The notes beneath the pieces are model-generated. The model was not told the DNA's origin and did not search any database. It saw nothing but the letters and a program-made list of their open reading frames with translations. A stretch of 64,000 nt of DNA from assembly GCF_021028975.2 (NCBI RefSeq), contig NC_059427.1:7564001-7628000 (forward strand). The letters are read 5' to 3'. A program made the translations under genes and the position numbers. Source of the DNA: Sphaerodactylus townsendi. Lineage: Eukaryota. Shown piece after piece: positions 13,001 to 25,770 of this stretch; positions within the stretch are counted from its first letter, which is position 1; each line of letters begins with the position of its first letter.

Positions 13001-13603
13001 ATTTGCCTCCTTAAAATATGTTGTGGATGTTATGAGGTTGTTTTCCAATGTCTGTGGATCTGTCTGTCTAAAAGAGCTCATTTCATGATAAACTGGAGCC
13101 CAAGACAAAATGGCTGGAGATGACTTAACTATTGCAGGTATTTTCCTCAATAGTCCCTACCCATCAGGCAACACCTCCATACAAGCAACCAGAAGGTGAA
13201 GGAGCAGAAAGCCTCTGCAGGGAAGGGCTGAGGGGTTGGTGGGATAAACAGGAATGGTGGGAGAGGGGGGGGGGTTGAATCCCCAAGCAAACTGCAGATA
13301 GGGTGAGCACCACCCAGAATGCCTATTATGTCAGGCAGCCAGTCACTATGAATGATTCCTTCCATGGGATCATGGCAGGGGCTTCTTTGTGGGCCTCCCT
13401 TTGACAACCATCACTGATCATTCATTTTGATTTATTCTGATTTTAAAGATTCAGATCCCGTCAAAATGACTAACACATTAAAACATAAATAAGAAAATCA
13501 CATTTCGAAATAATAAAAAAGCAACCCTCAAAAACTCACAGGATAGCGGCATTTTCTCTCTTCCAAAACGGAAGAGCTGCCCCCCCCCCACCCTAATGCT
13601 TAC

Positions 13604-13760
13604 TTCTGAGTAAACCTTCCGAAGATCTGGCTGCAAGGCTTTTTCCTCCTGCAGCATCTCTGCAACCTTTCCTGCCCCTTGTCCCGATTCAGTAGCAAAC
13701 ACTCCCCCACCGGAAACAAGCCTCCCCCACTACCCCCGCTTGGCCTCTCTAGCAAACAGC
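13604..13760 (-). promoter_or_regulatory. ZNF-1 putative promoter / 5'UTR exon
   Basis: Donor AA|GTAAGC; inverted homolog of 16430-16579, and the adjacent intron sequence is also homologous. Confidence 0.6.
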
Positions 13761-15194
13761 TCGGTGAGTTTAACCACTTTTGTGCTGCAAAAAATGCTTC
13801 CTGTTCTTTTCATGAGCAGCAGTCCCAGGGTGAAATGTTTTAGTAGTTGGTAGCTGGTTAATGCTTTTATGTATTTATTGATGTAAACCGCCCTGAGCCC
13901 CTGGGGGGAGGGCGGTATATAAATTGAATAAATAAGTAATATTAGCTGTATTTATATTGTATGTTCTGTATGCCAATAAAGGCTTATTGAAATTGATTGA
14001 AATTGAAATAAGTAATACACACACACACACACACACATATATAAAAGAGATTTTAGTATTGCATGAGAAATCTGTATTTCTGTAATATCTTCCCTGTTTC
14101 TCAAAACCAAATGCCAGCTAGCCTGCTGCCTCTCACCGTTTTCTGCCCTATCAGGATCGTCATCTTTGGCTTGTGATATTCCTGGCTGGCCACTCTCTCA
14201 GAAGTCCCCAGAAGCTTTGGGGAATAGTCAAATGAATGTTTTGGGGGCTGAGAGCGGGGGGAGGGGGGGCAGCTAAGGAAAGGGGCCTTTGCTTCACTGT
14301 ATAAACCTATGTAACTTTTGCCATTTTCATGTTTGCATTTTATTTCCATTTTTTTCCCATTTATGGTGAGATGTGTTCGTCTCCATGGCACAGTATGAGA
14401 AACACAATATGAGAAACACGTCTCAACTGTCCCACACAGAGAAACACATCTTACTGTGACGTACCTCTGAAAGATGCCAGTCACAGCTGTAGGTGAATTA
14501 TTAGGAGCAAAAACTATCCGAACACGGCCACACAACCCAGAAAACCCACAACACCCAAATATATGAAATTGATTCAACCAGAAAATCAACATTCAGGGTA
14601 ACAAACACATCTTGCTGTGGCAGAATGGGCAAATGTGACAGAGTAATGGCAAATATACAGTTCCCAGTAAAGAAGGAAGTTCAAAATGTTAACTTCTTCC
14701 CCATCTGGTCTTTTGTGGCTCCTGCCGATCTTTCTTCAGGTTGGAGCTGTAAGGAAATTATTACCATCAAACCATTAGCAGCAAAAACTATCAGACCATG
14801 GCCGCACAGCCTGGAAAACCCACAACAGTCTGTTGATTCCAGCCATGAAAGCCTTTGACAATACAATTTCACATTTGTTTATCAAATCACAAGGGTGCTG
14901 TTATTTTATTAATTTTGAACACACTTCAAAACACACACTGTTATTTTATTAATTTTGAACACACAGAACAGGTGAAAATGTACATATTTTGCCTTCAGTG
15001 AAAAAAAGGTGCTTTCCTGAAAGATTTCAGATTTGGAAAACATCCAGCAAGTGCAGGTGGGGCATGGAAGGTGGCCAATTGGGGACTAAGGGTGCCAGGA
15101 TGCTTCAAAAACAGTATTTGTAGAAAGACCATCAGAACAGTCTAGAATTCCTTTGCCCAAAGCAAATTCACAATTTTTGAAAAGCAACCCTGCA

Positions 15195-15208
15195 GTGCCA
15201 TCTACTGG
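15195..15208 (-). promoter_or_regulatory. CTCF core motif
   Basis: CCAGTAGATGGCAC matches CCASYAGRKGGCRS at every position; lies in a non-coding block duplicated at ~3220-3350. Confidence 0.55.
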
Positions 15209-15715
15209 TAGATGATATGTTTGTCCCGATAACTTTCCTTAATTTTACACTTTTACATCTGCTGGTACACACTACTAAGGAATGAAAAGAACCTTTTTGA
15301 GTCTGGGCTGGCTTGGGGGGAAAGCTCTGAATGTGGTGTTTAATACAAACAACAACAAAAGAAAGAAAGAAAAACAGCCTTGAAAAGGCGGGCAATAAAT
15401 CCAAGAAAGAAGAACCCCTCAAACATTGTTTTCATTGTATTGTCGAAGGCTTTCACGCCCGGATTCAACTGGTTGCTGTGGGTTTTCCGGGCTGTGTGGC
15501 CGTGGTCTGGTGGATCCTGTTCCTAACATTTCGCCTGCATCTGTAGCTGGCATCTTCACAGAGGGAAGTCTGTTACATACTGTGTCCTGGGACTTCCCTC
15601 CGTGATACACCTCTGAAGATGCCAGCCATCTTCAGGAAAACCCACCACAACCAATTGTTTTCATTGGTTGTGGTGGGTTTTCTGGGCTGTGTGGCCGTGG
15701 TCTGGTATATCTTAT

Positions 15716-15758
15716 TCCTAACGTTTCGCCTGCAACTGTGGCTGGCATCTTCAGAGGA
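15716..15758 (-). ncRNA. Minimal type-I hammerhead ribozyme motif in a Penelope-like terminus
   Basis: UCCU-CUGAAGA-U-GCC-(13 nt)-GGC-GAAAC-GUU-AGGA: intact core, stem I and stem II. Confidence 0.65.
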
Positions 15759-16351
15759 GTATTACAGAGAGAAGTCTGTTTCACACTGTGTCCAGAGTGA
15801 AGGGAATGTTCTGGGTATATATTGTCCATGTCCCAGGTTGGGGAACCAATCAGTAAGTGTTTGGGTGGAACTTGTTATGCAAAGATGTGGTTGATATTAT
15901 TGTATTGCGGGTGGGGCTTATCAGTCCAGTGGGTGATTCACCTTTTTCATGCCCTGTAGCAGCAGCTACCAATACTGCCAGATACATCTGAAGATACATT
16001 TCTGAAGATGCCTTTCCTCAGTGGGGAAGGAAGGTGAAACGTTAGGAACAAAGATCCACCAGACCCACGACCCACTGCCACTTGCCCAGAAAACCCACCA
16101 GAACCAGTTTTCCAACAGTGTTTCATTTGGTTGTGGTGGGCAGGTTTTCTCCGAGCTGTGTAATGCCGATGATCTAACAGATCTGGCATTCCTAACATTT
16201 CGCCTACATCTAATGTACTGGCATTCCTTTCAGAGGTGTATCACAGAGAGAAGTCTGTTACGCACTGTGTTCATACACAGTGTCTGGGGCGCGGGCTCAT
16301 GGAAACAACAGAAGCCTGTTGATCTGCAGCACAACAATGGTTAAACTTGCG

Positions 16352-16422
16352 CATGATGCTGGCAGGGGATGATGGGAACTGTAGTCCATAACATCTGGAG
16401 GGCCGCGAGTTTGACACCTGTG
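16352..16422. mobile_element. Half copy of a hAT MITE directly upstream of the ZNF-2 first exon
   Basis: Matches the right arm of the MITE at 32513-32631; carries ACTACAGTTCCCA on the - strand. Confidence 0.85.
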
Positions 16423-16429
16423 CAAGAGA

Positions 16430-16579
16430 GACCGAGTGGTGGGGAGGACAGGAAGAGGAAGGGCTCTTTCCCGGAGGGGGCGGCGTGAGTTTTGCTATTC
16501 CAGTGGGACAGGGAAAGGCTTCAGATTTGCAGCTCGAGGGGGAAACCTGCAGCCGGGTCCTTGGAAGGTTTACTCGCAA
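16430..16579 (+). promoter_or_regulatory. ZNF-2 putative promoter / 5'UTR exon
   Basis: CpG-rich, GGGGGCGG box, donor AA|GTAAGT at 16580; homolog of 13604-13760. Confidence 0.65.
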
Positions 16580-17089
16580 GTAAGTCATCGAAGGATAACC
16601 TTTTAAATCTTGGAAGGGGGAAGTGCAATAACCGTGTGTGTCTTTGAGGGACGGTGGAAGGGGTGTGTGTTGAAATGCTCTTAAAATCAGGTTTTCGTGT
16701 GTTAATTTTTTAAAATTTCTTAGCTGCCTTGGGTGGCCCCCCCTGGGAGCAACGCTGAATTTTGTGAAATGAAAATGGATCTAAATAAATCGGAAATCAA
16801 GGAAGCCGTAGGGAGGCCCAGAAAGGAGTCCTTGGCATTAATCACATGACAGGAATCCTTCATGCCGACTGGCTGCCCTAAATAATGTGCATTTTGAGTG
16901 GTGTTCCCCCTCCTCTGCAGCTTCCCTGGGAATTCAATGCCTCCTCCTCTCCCTGCTCCAGTGCAATCCAACAGCTCCTCTGCCCCTTCCCCTTTGCTGG
17001 TTGCATGCACAGAGATCTAGTCTGACCCATCCAGCCTATTGAGGAGATGTCTGCGATGGTTAAACTGTTTCCAGTCATTTTGTCCTGGA

Positions 17090-17700
17090 CTTATTTACTT
17101 TACTTTACTTTATTTATTTATAAACAGTCCTCCCCGAGGGGCTAAAGGCGGTGAACAACAGAGATAAAATAAATTGTAAATATCATACAATGATAAAACC
17201 AATGATAAAATAAATCGTAAATATCATACAATGATAAAACCAGTCAAAATAAAACAATACTCAGGATAAATACCCTAAAATAGGAGCACTACTACAACAG
17301 ATGGCAAAGAAACCCATCCTCCTCCATGCCCACAAGAGGCCTGGATGGAATGGGGCTATACGATCAACCTGGCTGGCCAAATGCCTGGCGGAACAGGTTC
17401 ATTTTGCAGACCCTGCAGAAACTTTGCAAGTCCGGCAGGGCCTTGGTCTCTCTAGGGAGTCTGTTCCACCAGGTAGGAGCCAGAGCCGTAAAAACCCTGG
17501 CCCTCATAGAGGCCAGCCAGATGTCTCTGGGGCCAGGGACCTCCAATAGGTTCTCCTCCGACGAGCGGACCTAGCAGGGCAATACGGGGAGACTCAGATA
17601 TGCCTCAGATATGCAGGCCCAAGGCTGCTTATAGCCTTGAAGGTTAAAACCAACACTTTGGACATGATCCAGAACTTGATAGGCAGCCAGTGAAGGTGGT
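17090..17700 (-). mobile_element. L2 LINE 3' fragment
   Basis: ORF 17364-17546 (RARVFTALAPTWWNRLP...FCRVCKMNLFRQAF) resembles the L2 ORF2 C-terminus; A-rich tail. Confidence 0.8.
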
Positions 17701-18310
17701 ACACATCTCTCTCCCCGCCCCCCCACTTTAGATTGATAGAGCCCTAGAAATCAAAGTTAGGGTTTCCAACTGTCAGGGGATGACTGGAGATCTCTTGGGA
17801 TTACAACTGATCCCCAGGTGATAGAGAGAAAATGGCTGCTGTGAAAGGCTTATTCTATGACATTAAATCCTGAGTTCCCTTACCTTCCTGAACCCTGCCC
17901 TCCTCAGGCTCCACTCCCAAAATGTCCTGGTTTCCTAATCCAGAGCTGGAAACCGTAATCAGACTAGCCTCATAACATCTGCTACAGATTTTAAAAAACC
18001 ATAATGAGAAGGTATATTTTACTGAAAGCCCAGTCATATCTTTAATAAGCTTGATATGTAAGATAGTACAATGACATTGATCCTGACAAGTACAACAATG
18101 ATGCTTCTTACGATCCACCAGGGTAATCCATAGGTATCTCCTAACCAGGGTCGGTGATGCAGCCGCCTTCACTTTAGGTTTCTTCCTGTCTTTATGATAT
18201 CTTTTCTTCTCTCTTTTCATAGCCATGTGAGAAAGGGAACGTAGCAAGCCTTTATTGGCATAGAATGTGAGAAAGGGTATCTTTCCACAGAGGCTACCTG
18301 AGAGAAAGAG

Positions 18311-18733
18311 ATGGAGGAACAGGACCCAGAAAGACATGGAATTAGCAATACATCAAGGAAAGGCCCCCATCCCATCCAAGCAGGGAATGGTGTTGAATTC
18401 TGGAAAAGAGCAGTGCTGGACATCCTTCATCAAGACACCATGAACTCAGATGTACACAGGCAACGCTTCCAGCAGTTTTGTTATCATGAGGCCTATGGAC
18501 CCCGAGAAGTTTGCAGCCAGCTCCATGGACTTTGCAAGCACTGGCTGAAGCCAGAGAGGCACTCCAAGAAGCAGATCCTGGACCTGGTGATCCTGGAGCA
18601 GTTCCTGACCATCCTACCCCAGGAAATGCAGTGCTGGGTCAGAGGATGTGTGCCAGAGACCAGTTCCCAGGCAGTGGCACTGGCTGAAGGTTTCCTCCTG
18701 AGTCAAGCAGAAGAGATGAGGCAGGGAGAGCAG
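18311..18733 (+). CDS. ZNF-2 first coding exon, SCAN domain
   Basis: MEEQDPE...[50 protein letters not shown]; donor CAG|GTAAG, phase 0. Confidence 0.93.
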
Positions 18734-18964
18734 GTAAGGAGGTTTCATTCACTCCATTCGAGGACAACCTTCCCTAAGGCTTCCCTATGAGATATTTGTG
18801 CCTGTAAAGAATTCACTTGAAAGAAACCCCAATCCTGATTCTTGCCCCTGTGGTTGAAGTAGCTCTGCTGGTCACTGCAGGGGTGGGGAATCTGGAAGTA
18901 TAGGACCCATCTCCTCAGCCTGGTCGATTCCTTCCCTTACCCATCTCGCTTCTTGCTGTTTCAG

Positions 18965-19076
18965 ATCTGGGGACCATCTGTGAAGATGGAAGCTAAGTTC
19001 CAGGTGGAAGGATTTCTTTCAGAGGAGTGGCAGAGGACACAGGCTGAAGAGCATGGCCAAGTTGCCCTCTCACATG
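18965..19076 (+). CDS. ZNF-2 post-SCAN exon
   Basis: 112 bp, TTTCAG|...G|GTAAG, phase 0-1, open frame IWGPSVKMEAK... Confidence 0.85.
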
Positions 19077-20244
19077 GTAAGGTTGGGGCATATTATGAAG
19101 CCGTAGAATAGACAGTTTAAGACAGGAGAAAAAATAAATACTTCTGCACAGAACGAGTGGACTTCTGGGGCTCAGGGCAATAGCATGTAGTGATGGCTAT
19201 TCAGTTGAAAGGGGAATGGAAATATTAATGGAAGGCAAATCCATTCTTACACAAATTAAAACATTCCTATTTCACCTTCTTGCTGTTAGCAGGACTCCAG
19301 GTGTTTCTTTTAAAAAAGGTAGACAAATCTGGGCATAGCTGTAAGCCACTGTGAATAAATGGAATTTCCCATTTAGGCTTTCCAAGGGCATCTTGGGCCA
19401 CAGTCAGAAACAGAATACGGGATTAGGAATACCAGATCAGTTTCTGGCACTTCTGTGAGCTAATAGATGGTGCATGGTGTGGACGTGATGCCATCTTGAC
19501 AAAAACCTGGATTCAGGTGCTTTGCAAACCCATTAGTATACCCCTAGATATTCCAGAGCATCAACTGATATGCTAAAATCTCATCTGGGTTTTCAGCTGG
19601 CTGTAACAGCAACCTGTTGTGTGGCATCATTTCCTGCCCCCTCTTGCTCTTCTGCTGGGCTAAACATGAGGGCACATGACAGGGCCTGGCTAGGGGAGAA
19701 TGGCTGTCTGTGCCTGGGCTAAGGGGCCCTTGAGTCTTATCCAGCAGTTACCTTTTAGAGCTCCAGAGTTAAGAGGGCATTAATCACCTCTCACAGAAGT
19801 CTGAAATGTGAGTGTCTGATACTTCCATCTTTCATCTCCCACAGTTTACTAAAAATAAACACAAGTTCTCTTGAGTGTGCACAGTACACATGTTTCACAA
19901 CCCTCGGATTGAGGGTGTGTGAAGCACGAGCCAAACAAGCAAACAAAATCGGGTATCAAGGCTGATGCTTGAGAGCAAAGTGGGTGGCATTTATGGATGA
20001 TCGGGCCATCAAAATAGATACCAATCCTGATGCCTACCTTTCTCTCTAGTATCAGAGGAACATGCCTATTATCTTAGCTGCTGTTAGGAACACAGGCAAG
20101 ATAATGCTTCTGTGGTTGTCTTGTTTGTGGGCTTCCTGGAGGCACCTAGTTGGTCATTGTGTGAACAGACTGCTGGGCTTGATGGGCCTTGATCTGATCC
20201 AGCATGGCTTTTCTTATGTTCTTCCAATTTTCTCTCCCTTGCAG

Positions 20245-20315
20245 GCACTGGGGAGATGTTGTTGAGCCATCCATTTGTCAGGGGTGTGGAAACAGCTGCT
20301 GTGCCTCCAGTCCAG
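20245..20315 (+). CDS. ZNF-2 linker exon
   Basis: 71 bp, TTGCAG|...CAG|GTAGG, phase 1-0. Confidence 0.85.
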
Positions 20316-20399
20316 GTAGGGGAGTTGAGCAGGAGACAGCTTGGGTCCTCCTTTCCCAGGGGAACTTTTGCTCATTTTGCCAGACAAAAGAGGCTCTGA

Positions 20400-20747
<348 letters not shown>

Positions 20748-21078
20748 TGAGGTGGTGGGATGGCAGTGAAAGCTGTGTTCAGCATTGCTGAGTAGAGCAA
20801 ACCAAACTGCCTGACTGGTCCAGGGCTAATTGAAGCCACTATTGTGGCCATCACCCAAGCCACAGAGGCTGCCCTGAAGAGGCATGCCCTAATTTCTCAG
20901 TTGCCAACCTTTACAACATACCCATCCACCTGAATGGGGTTATGGTTATTGATTATCTAGAATACTATTGATTGGGATCTGGATTTGGATTTGGGATTGG
21001 GATTTGATCTGGACCATGTTTCTACCCTTCATGAATAATTGTTCTTCTTTCTTGGCTTTCTTTCCTCCCTGATATAAG

Positions 21079-21150
21079 ATTCATTACCCAAAGAAGCCAG
21101 GAATGTTAGAGAGACTCCAACAGAGACAAACAAAAGCCTCATCTCCAAAG
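21079..21150 (+). CDS. ZNF-2 small symmetric exon
   Basis: 72 bp, phase 1-1, AAG|...AAAG|GTGAGC, open frame DSLPKEARNVRETPTETNKSLISK. Confidence 0.7.
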
Positions 21151-23343
21151 GTGAGCTAAAGACTTTCTCAACAAGTCACAAGATCTACTGAACCCTGGCA
21201 GAGGGAGGCGGGGCTAGGAAGGTGGTGTCAGGGATTCACTGTGCTGGTTTACCTCTGACAACATGGCTACCCCATCAGTCCTTGCTCTAGAGCTGTTCTT
21301 CTTGCAATTAATACTAGGTGGGAGCGCTCAGCCACAGAGTGTATCATTTAGCTCTCCTGGGTGGTTTTTTGCCCAAATGCTGGCCCTGTTGTGGACACTG
21401 ATTTTTCTGTGTTCTTTCCAGGAAAAAAAATACTATCTTTGTGTTGCCAGCAAAGACCATTACGCTATGGCTGCGCAGATGCCCCTCCATCGCACTTCCA
21501 CACTACTCTCCAGATCTGACATAAGTGCCCCAATTACAAAATGTAACGAATGTGGGCAATGTGTATACCAGGAATATAAAATGAGACACTATGCCCACTG
21601 GCAACAATGGTATTACAAAGGAGATAAAGTGCAGTGCAATTTTAATAGTGACAGGTGCTCTAATATAAACGTGTGCTACATATCAAAAACATTTTGTAAG
21701 CTATGTGCGTGTTACTAAGAGCTATGCATTTTGTATAATGATTGAATACACCTGTGCTTAGTCAGTGGGTGGAAATATCCCCGTTAGGTGTCAAGTCAAT
21801 ACAGCACTGTTAATTCAGCTATAGACTGCAGAGGAGGTAGTGCAGGAGTAACACAAGACTTATGTGAGTTTTCTTAATTGTTTTTTGGTTCTGTATAGAT
21901 GTTTTGTAGTACTTAAACTGCGGACTGCATTTTGGTTGGAGCCAGAAAAAAACCTTGTGGCTGAAGCCATGAAAACAACTTGATAACAGACTGTTCATGA
22001 CTCATGTAGTGAGCCAATTAAGTGCTGCAACTTTTGTGCAGACTAAAAGACAGTTGTCTGTACACTGCTTATACTCCTTTTTAGGAATTACCACCTCTAA
22101 AAGTTGGAAGACATCCTGTTTGCTGACTAAATTGTATCTCTTTCTGGTAGGCACAAGGCCACCATGTTCTTGTTATGTTTTTGATATGTAATGCACGTTT
22201 ATATTTGAGCACTTGTCACTATTAAAATTGCATAAGTGCCCCAATGCAAGAATAAATGCCCCTTAAGCCATCACAAGTGGCATTTCAGCTGGCACCCAGG
22301 TTGTATCACTACCATAGTGCTTTCTGAGCTCAGATGTGGCTTTTGAGGGGCTTAAATACAGGCTTTCAGGGGAAGGGTCTCTTGAGAACTTCCCTACCGG
22401 ACAAGACCCCCCTCCCTCTATTTCCTAGAGTACTCAGGTAGATCAGTGGTCCCCAACATGGTGCCCATGGCGCGCCAGGGTACCCACCAACACCTTTTCT
22501 GGTGTTTGCCAAATGGTTTTAGGAAGTGGGTGAGGCCAGGTACAGTTTTTGATTGACTATATGAGATTTGATTGGTTGTGCAGATTTTTTTTAATGTTCC
22601 TTTGGCAGCAGCTTCCAACACAGCACGTGAATCTGCACAGTGTTATTGAAATTAAGCTTTGGCTATCATTTTATGGATTGCTTCACCTCTTGCAGCAGCC
22701 ATGTTATTGCTGTACCCATCATGCCATGTCAGAATTCGAGGAAAAATTTGGGGAGGTTATTTAAGAACAACCCCATTGAAAAAGACCGAAGAGTCATCAG
22801 CCCTTCCCTGCAGAGCTTACAAAGCTGTATTCAAGCCTTACTTTCCCCACCAACAACTGACACCTCTTCCTAACACAGTGGGGGTCCCCTTTGAAATCTG
22901 GGGTTAACTGGTTGAGGTGCTCCCCCCTCTCCCCCAACTGCAGCAAATGTATCTTGTGGAGCAAAAACCAGTTCCTTGTGGCTTTTATCTTAACAAGACT
23001 GAAACTCTGTATAATTTCAGGGCTAGTATTCATGCTAATTTCTTGTATTTAGTTGAAAGACTTGCATGGGAAGTCAAATGTGGAGGGAGGCAGAATGATT
23101 CTTTGCCACCTCTTTCCTTAAACTGCATTCAGGCAGCTCTGGGGAAGGATGAGATAGTCAGAATATATAAGCACTGCTGGAGTGCCTAGGTAGAGAAAAG
23201 ATGTGAATGCCAGCTCAGGGTTATTTGAGGGTAGCAAGATTCTGTGAACATGTAAACAAAATGCACGTCCATAGATCAAGAGTGCCTGATTTGTGGCTTG
23301 TCTTTTTGCATGAATGCTGATTGGATATCTCTCTTTATTCCAG

Positions 23344-24668
23344 TAGAAGATGTTGAGGAAACAGTTGGGGAATTCCAGAGATTCTCATTGGAAACAGACA
23401 AGGAAGAAGACTCTCAATGTAACTTCAGGTATCAAGATAGGCCAGATAGGATGGAGGGAAATGATGGAGAGAAGATGAGGGAGAAATCCATTCCTTTCCA
23501 AGTAGAGGATTCCCATGATGTAATTCACATGGCAGAAAAAACATTCTTGCACTGGGGGTTGAATGTATCAGATCAAACTCAATATGGTATCAGTTTGCAA
23601 AAGCACCATGGAAAGAAGGCCCATGATTGCTTCCACTGTGGAAAGAGCTTCCTTTGTGGAGAAGAGCTCATTAGACACCAAAGAATCCATATAAGAGAGA
23701 AACTCTATAGCTGCTCAGACTGTGGCAAGAGGTTCTCAGAAAATTCAGATTTTCTTCAGCACAAGAATTCCCACCATTTAGGTGAGAATACATTTATCTG
23801 CTTAGAGACTGGAAAGAAGTTATCTAATGGGAAGGGACACACATGTGCAAAGAGTTTCCATAGCAGTTGTGATCTTCAGCATCATTTACAAACCCACACA
23901 GGAGAGAAACCTTTTCAGTGCTCAAAGTGTGGAAAGAGTCTCAATCACAAATGCAGTCTTCAAAAACATCAAAGAACACACACAGGGGAGAAATCTTTCA
24001 AGTGCTCAGAGTGTGGGAAAAAATTTAGTCAGAGTGGCAATCTTCAAAGGCATTTCAGAACCCATTCTTTGGAGAAACCTTTTGAGTGCTCAATGTGTGG
24101 AAAGAGTTTCAGACACAGATGCAGTCTTCAAAAACATCAAAGAACACACACAGGGGAGAAATCTTTCAAGTGCTCAGAGTGTGGGGAAAAATTTAGTCAG
24201 AGTGGCAATCTTCAAAGGCATTTCAGAACCCATACTTTGGAGAAACCTTTTGAGTGCTCAATGTGTGGAAAGAGTTTCAGACACAGATGCAGTCTTCAAA
24301 AACATCAAAGAACACACACAGGAGAGAAACCTTTCGAGTGCTCAGAGTGTGGAAAAAGATTTAATCAGAGTGGCACTCTTCAAGTGCATCAAAAAACCCA
24401 TACTGGGGAAAAACCTTTTGAATGTTCAGAGTGTGGAAAGAGATTTTCTCTGAGTGGCAGTCTTCAAAGGCATTTCAGAACCCATACCATCAGAACACCA
24501 TTGAAAATGATGCCATTTGGGGGTGGATTTCAGTCACAGATGCAGTCTTCAACTGCATCAAAGAAATCACACGGGAGAAACCTTTCGAGTGCTCAGTGTG
24601 GAAAGAGATTCAGTTGGAATCAGTCTTCAAAAACATCAAAGAACCCACAGGGGGGAGAAACTTTTTGA
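23344..24668 (+). CDS. ZNF-2 terminal exon: ~9 C2H2 fingers, disrupted C-terminus
   Basis: Acceptor TTTATTCCAG|TA, phase 1; finger frame broken at ~24488 by foreign sequence; spliced CDS 2130 nt. Confidence 0.85.
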
Positions 24669-25770
24669 ATATTCGGAGTACATCAAAGAAACCACAAAAC
24701 CTTTTGTATGCATCACTTGTTTAAACTAGGTAGCCCAGATTCTCCTTTTAAATCCACCTTAAAGGGAGAATCTGGGGTCCCCAGTTTAAATAACATTGAA
24801 AGTGATTCTGTTTCCCCCAATTGGGGTCTTTGGACTGAATGCAACATCATAAACAGGGATGAAACTTTTGAGGGCTCTGAGGTAGATTCACATGGGTAAT
24901 AAAACAGGCGATTTTGAAAGCATGGTTTGAAAACAGTGTAAAATGGTTCAAAATGGTGTTAAGAGTTTCTGCTGTTATTATTGGCATGGCGTTTTTTCAC
25001 ATTGCTGTGTAATACATGCAGAATTTTGCTTGAGTTGGAAAGAGATTTTCTCTGAGTGGCAATCTTCAAAGGCATTTCAGAACCCATACTTTGGAGAAAC
25101 CTTGTGAGTGCTCCAAGTGTGGAAAGAGTTTCAGTCACAGATGCAGTCTTCAACTGCATCAAAGAAATCACACGGGAGAAACCTTTCGAGTGCTCAGTGT
25201 GGAAAGAGATTCAGTTGGAATCAGTCTTCAAAAACATCAAAGAACCCACAGGGGGGAGAAACTTTTTGAATATTCGGAGTACATCAAAGAAACCACATAA
25301 GAGAGAAACCTTTTGTATGCTCAGAGTGTGGAAAGAATTTCGGTAGTGGTGCAGATTTTCAAAAGCATTTAAAAACTCACACAAGGGAGAAACCTTTTGA
25401 GTGTTCATAGTGTTGAAAGAGATTCAGTCAGAGTTGCAGTCTTTAGCTGCATCAACAAACATACACAGGGATGAAACTTTTTGAGGCTCTGAGGTGGATT
25501 CCACATGGGCCAAAAACAGCGGTGTGAAAATGGTTTGAAAACAGTGTAAAATGGTTTAAAATGGTGTAAAAGAGTTTACACTGTTTTCGCAACGTTTTCA
25601 CACTGCTGTTTTTGGCCCATGCAGAATTTGCTTGTGTGGAAAGAGATTTAGTCACAGTGGCAATCTTCAAAGACATTTCAAAACCCACACTTTGGAGAAA
25701 CCTTTTGAGTGCTCAGAATGTGGCTTGAAGAGTTTCACTCACAGTCACATCTGCAAACCCACATGGAAGA
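24669..25770 (+). pseudogene. Degenerate zinc-finger repeats downstream of the ZNF-2 stop
   Basis: Finger-like DNA with frameshifts and stops; ~600-bp tandem duplication. Confidence 0.75.
25493..25631. mobile_element. Harbinger-type MITE inserted in dead fingers
   Basis: Inverted arms CATGGGCCAAAAACAGCGGTGTGAAAA / TTTTCACACTGCTGTTTTTGGCCCATG. Confidence 0.75.

Larger units (their letters stand above)
14400..16290. mobile_element. Cluster of Penelope-like element termini between the divergent promoters
   Basis: At least 6 copies of the same terminal repeat in both orientations (~14400-14560, 14770-14865, 15436-15655, 15665-15960, 15985-16110, 16130-16285). Confidence 0.75.

Noticed and set aside
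21180-22350. Intron segment unique to ZNF-2 with a 151-aa ORF and a repeated ATAAGTGCCCCAAT
   Set aside because: Probably an old TE insertion, but I could not identify termini, a TSD or a protein motif
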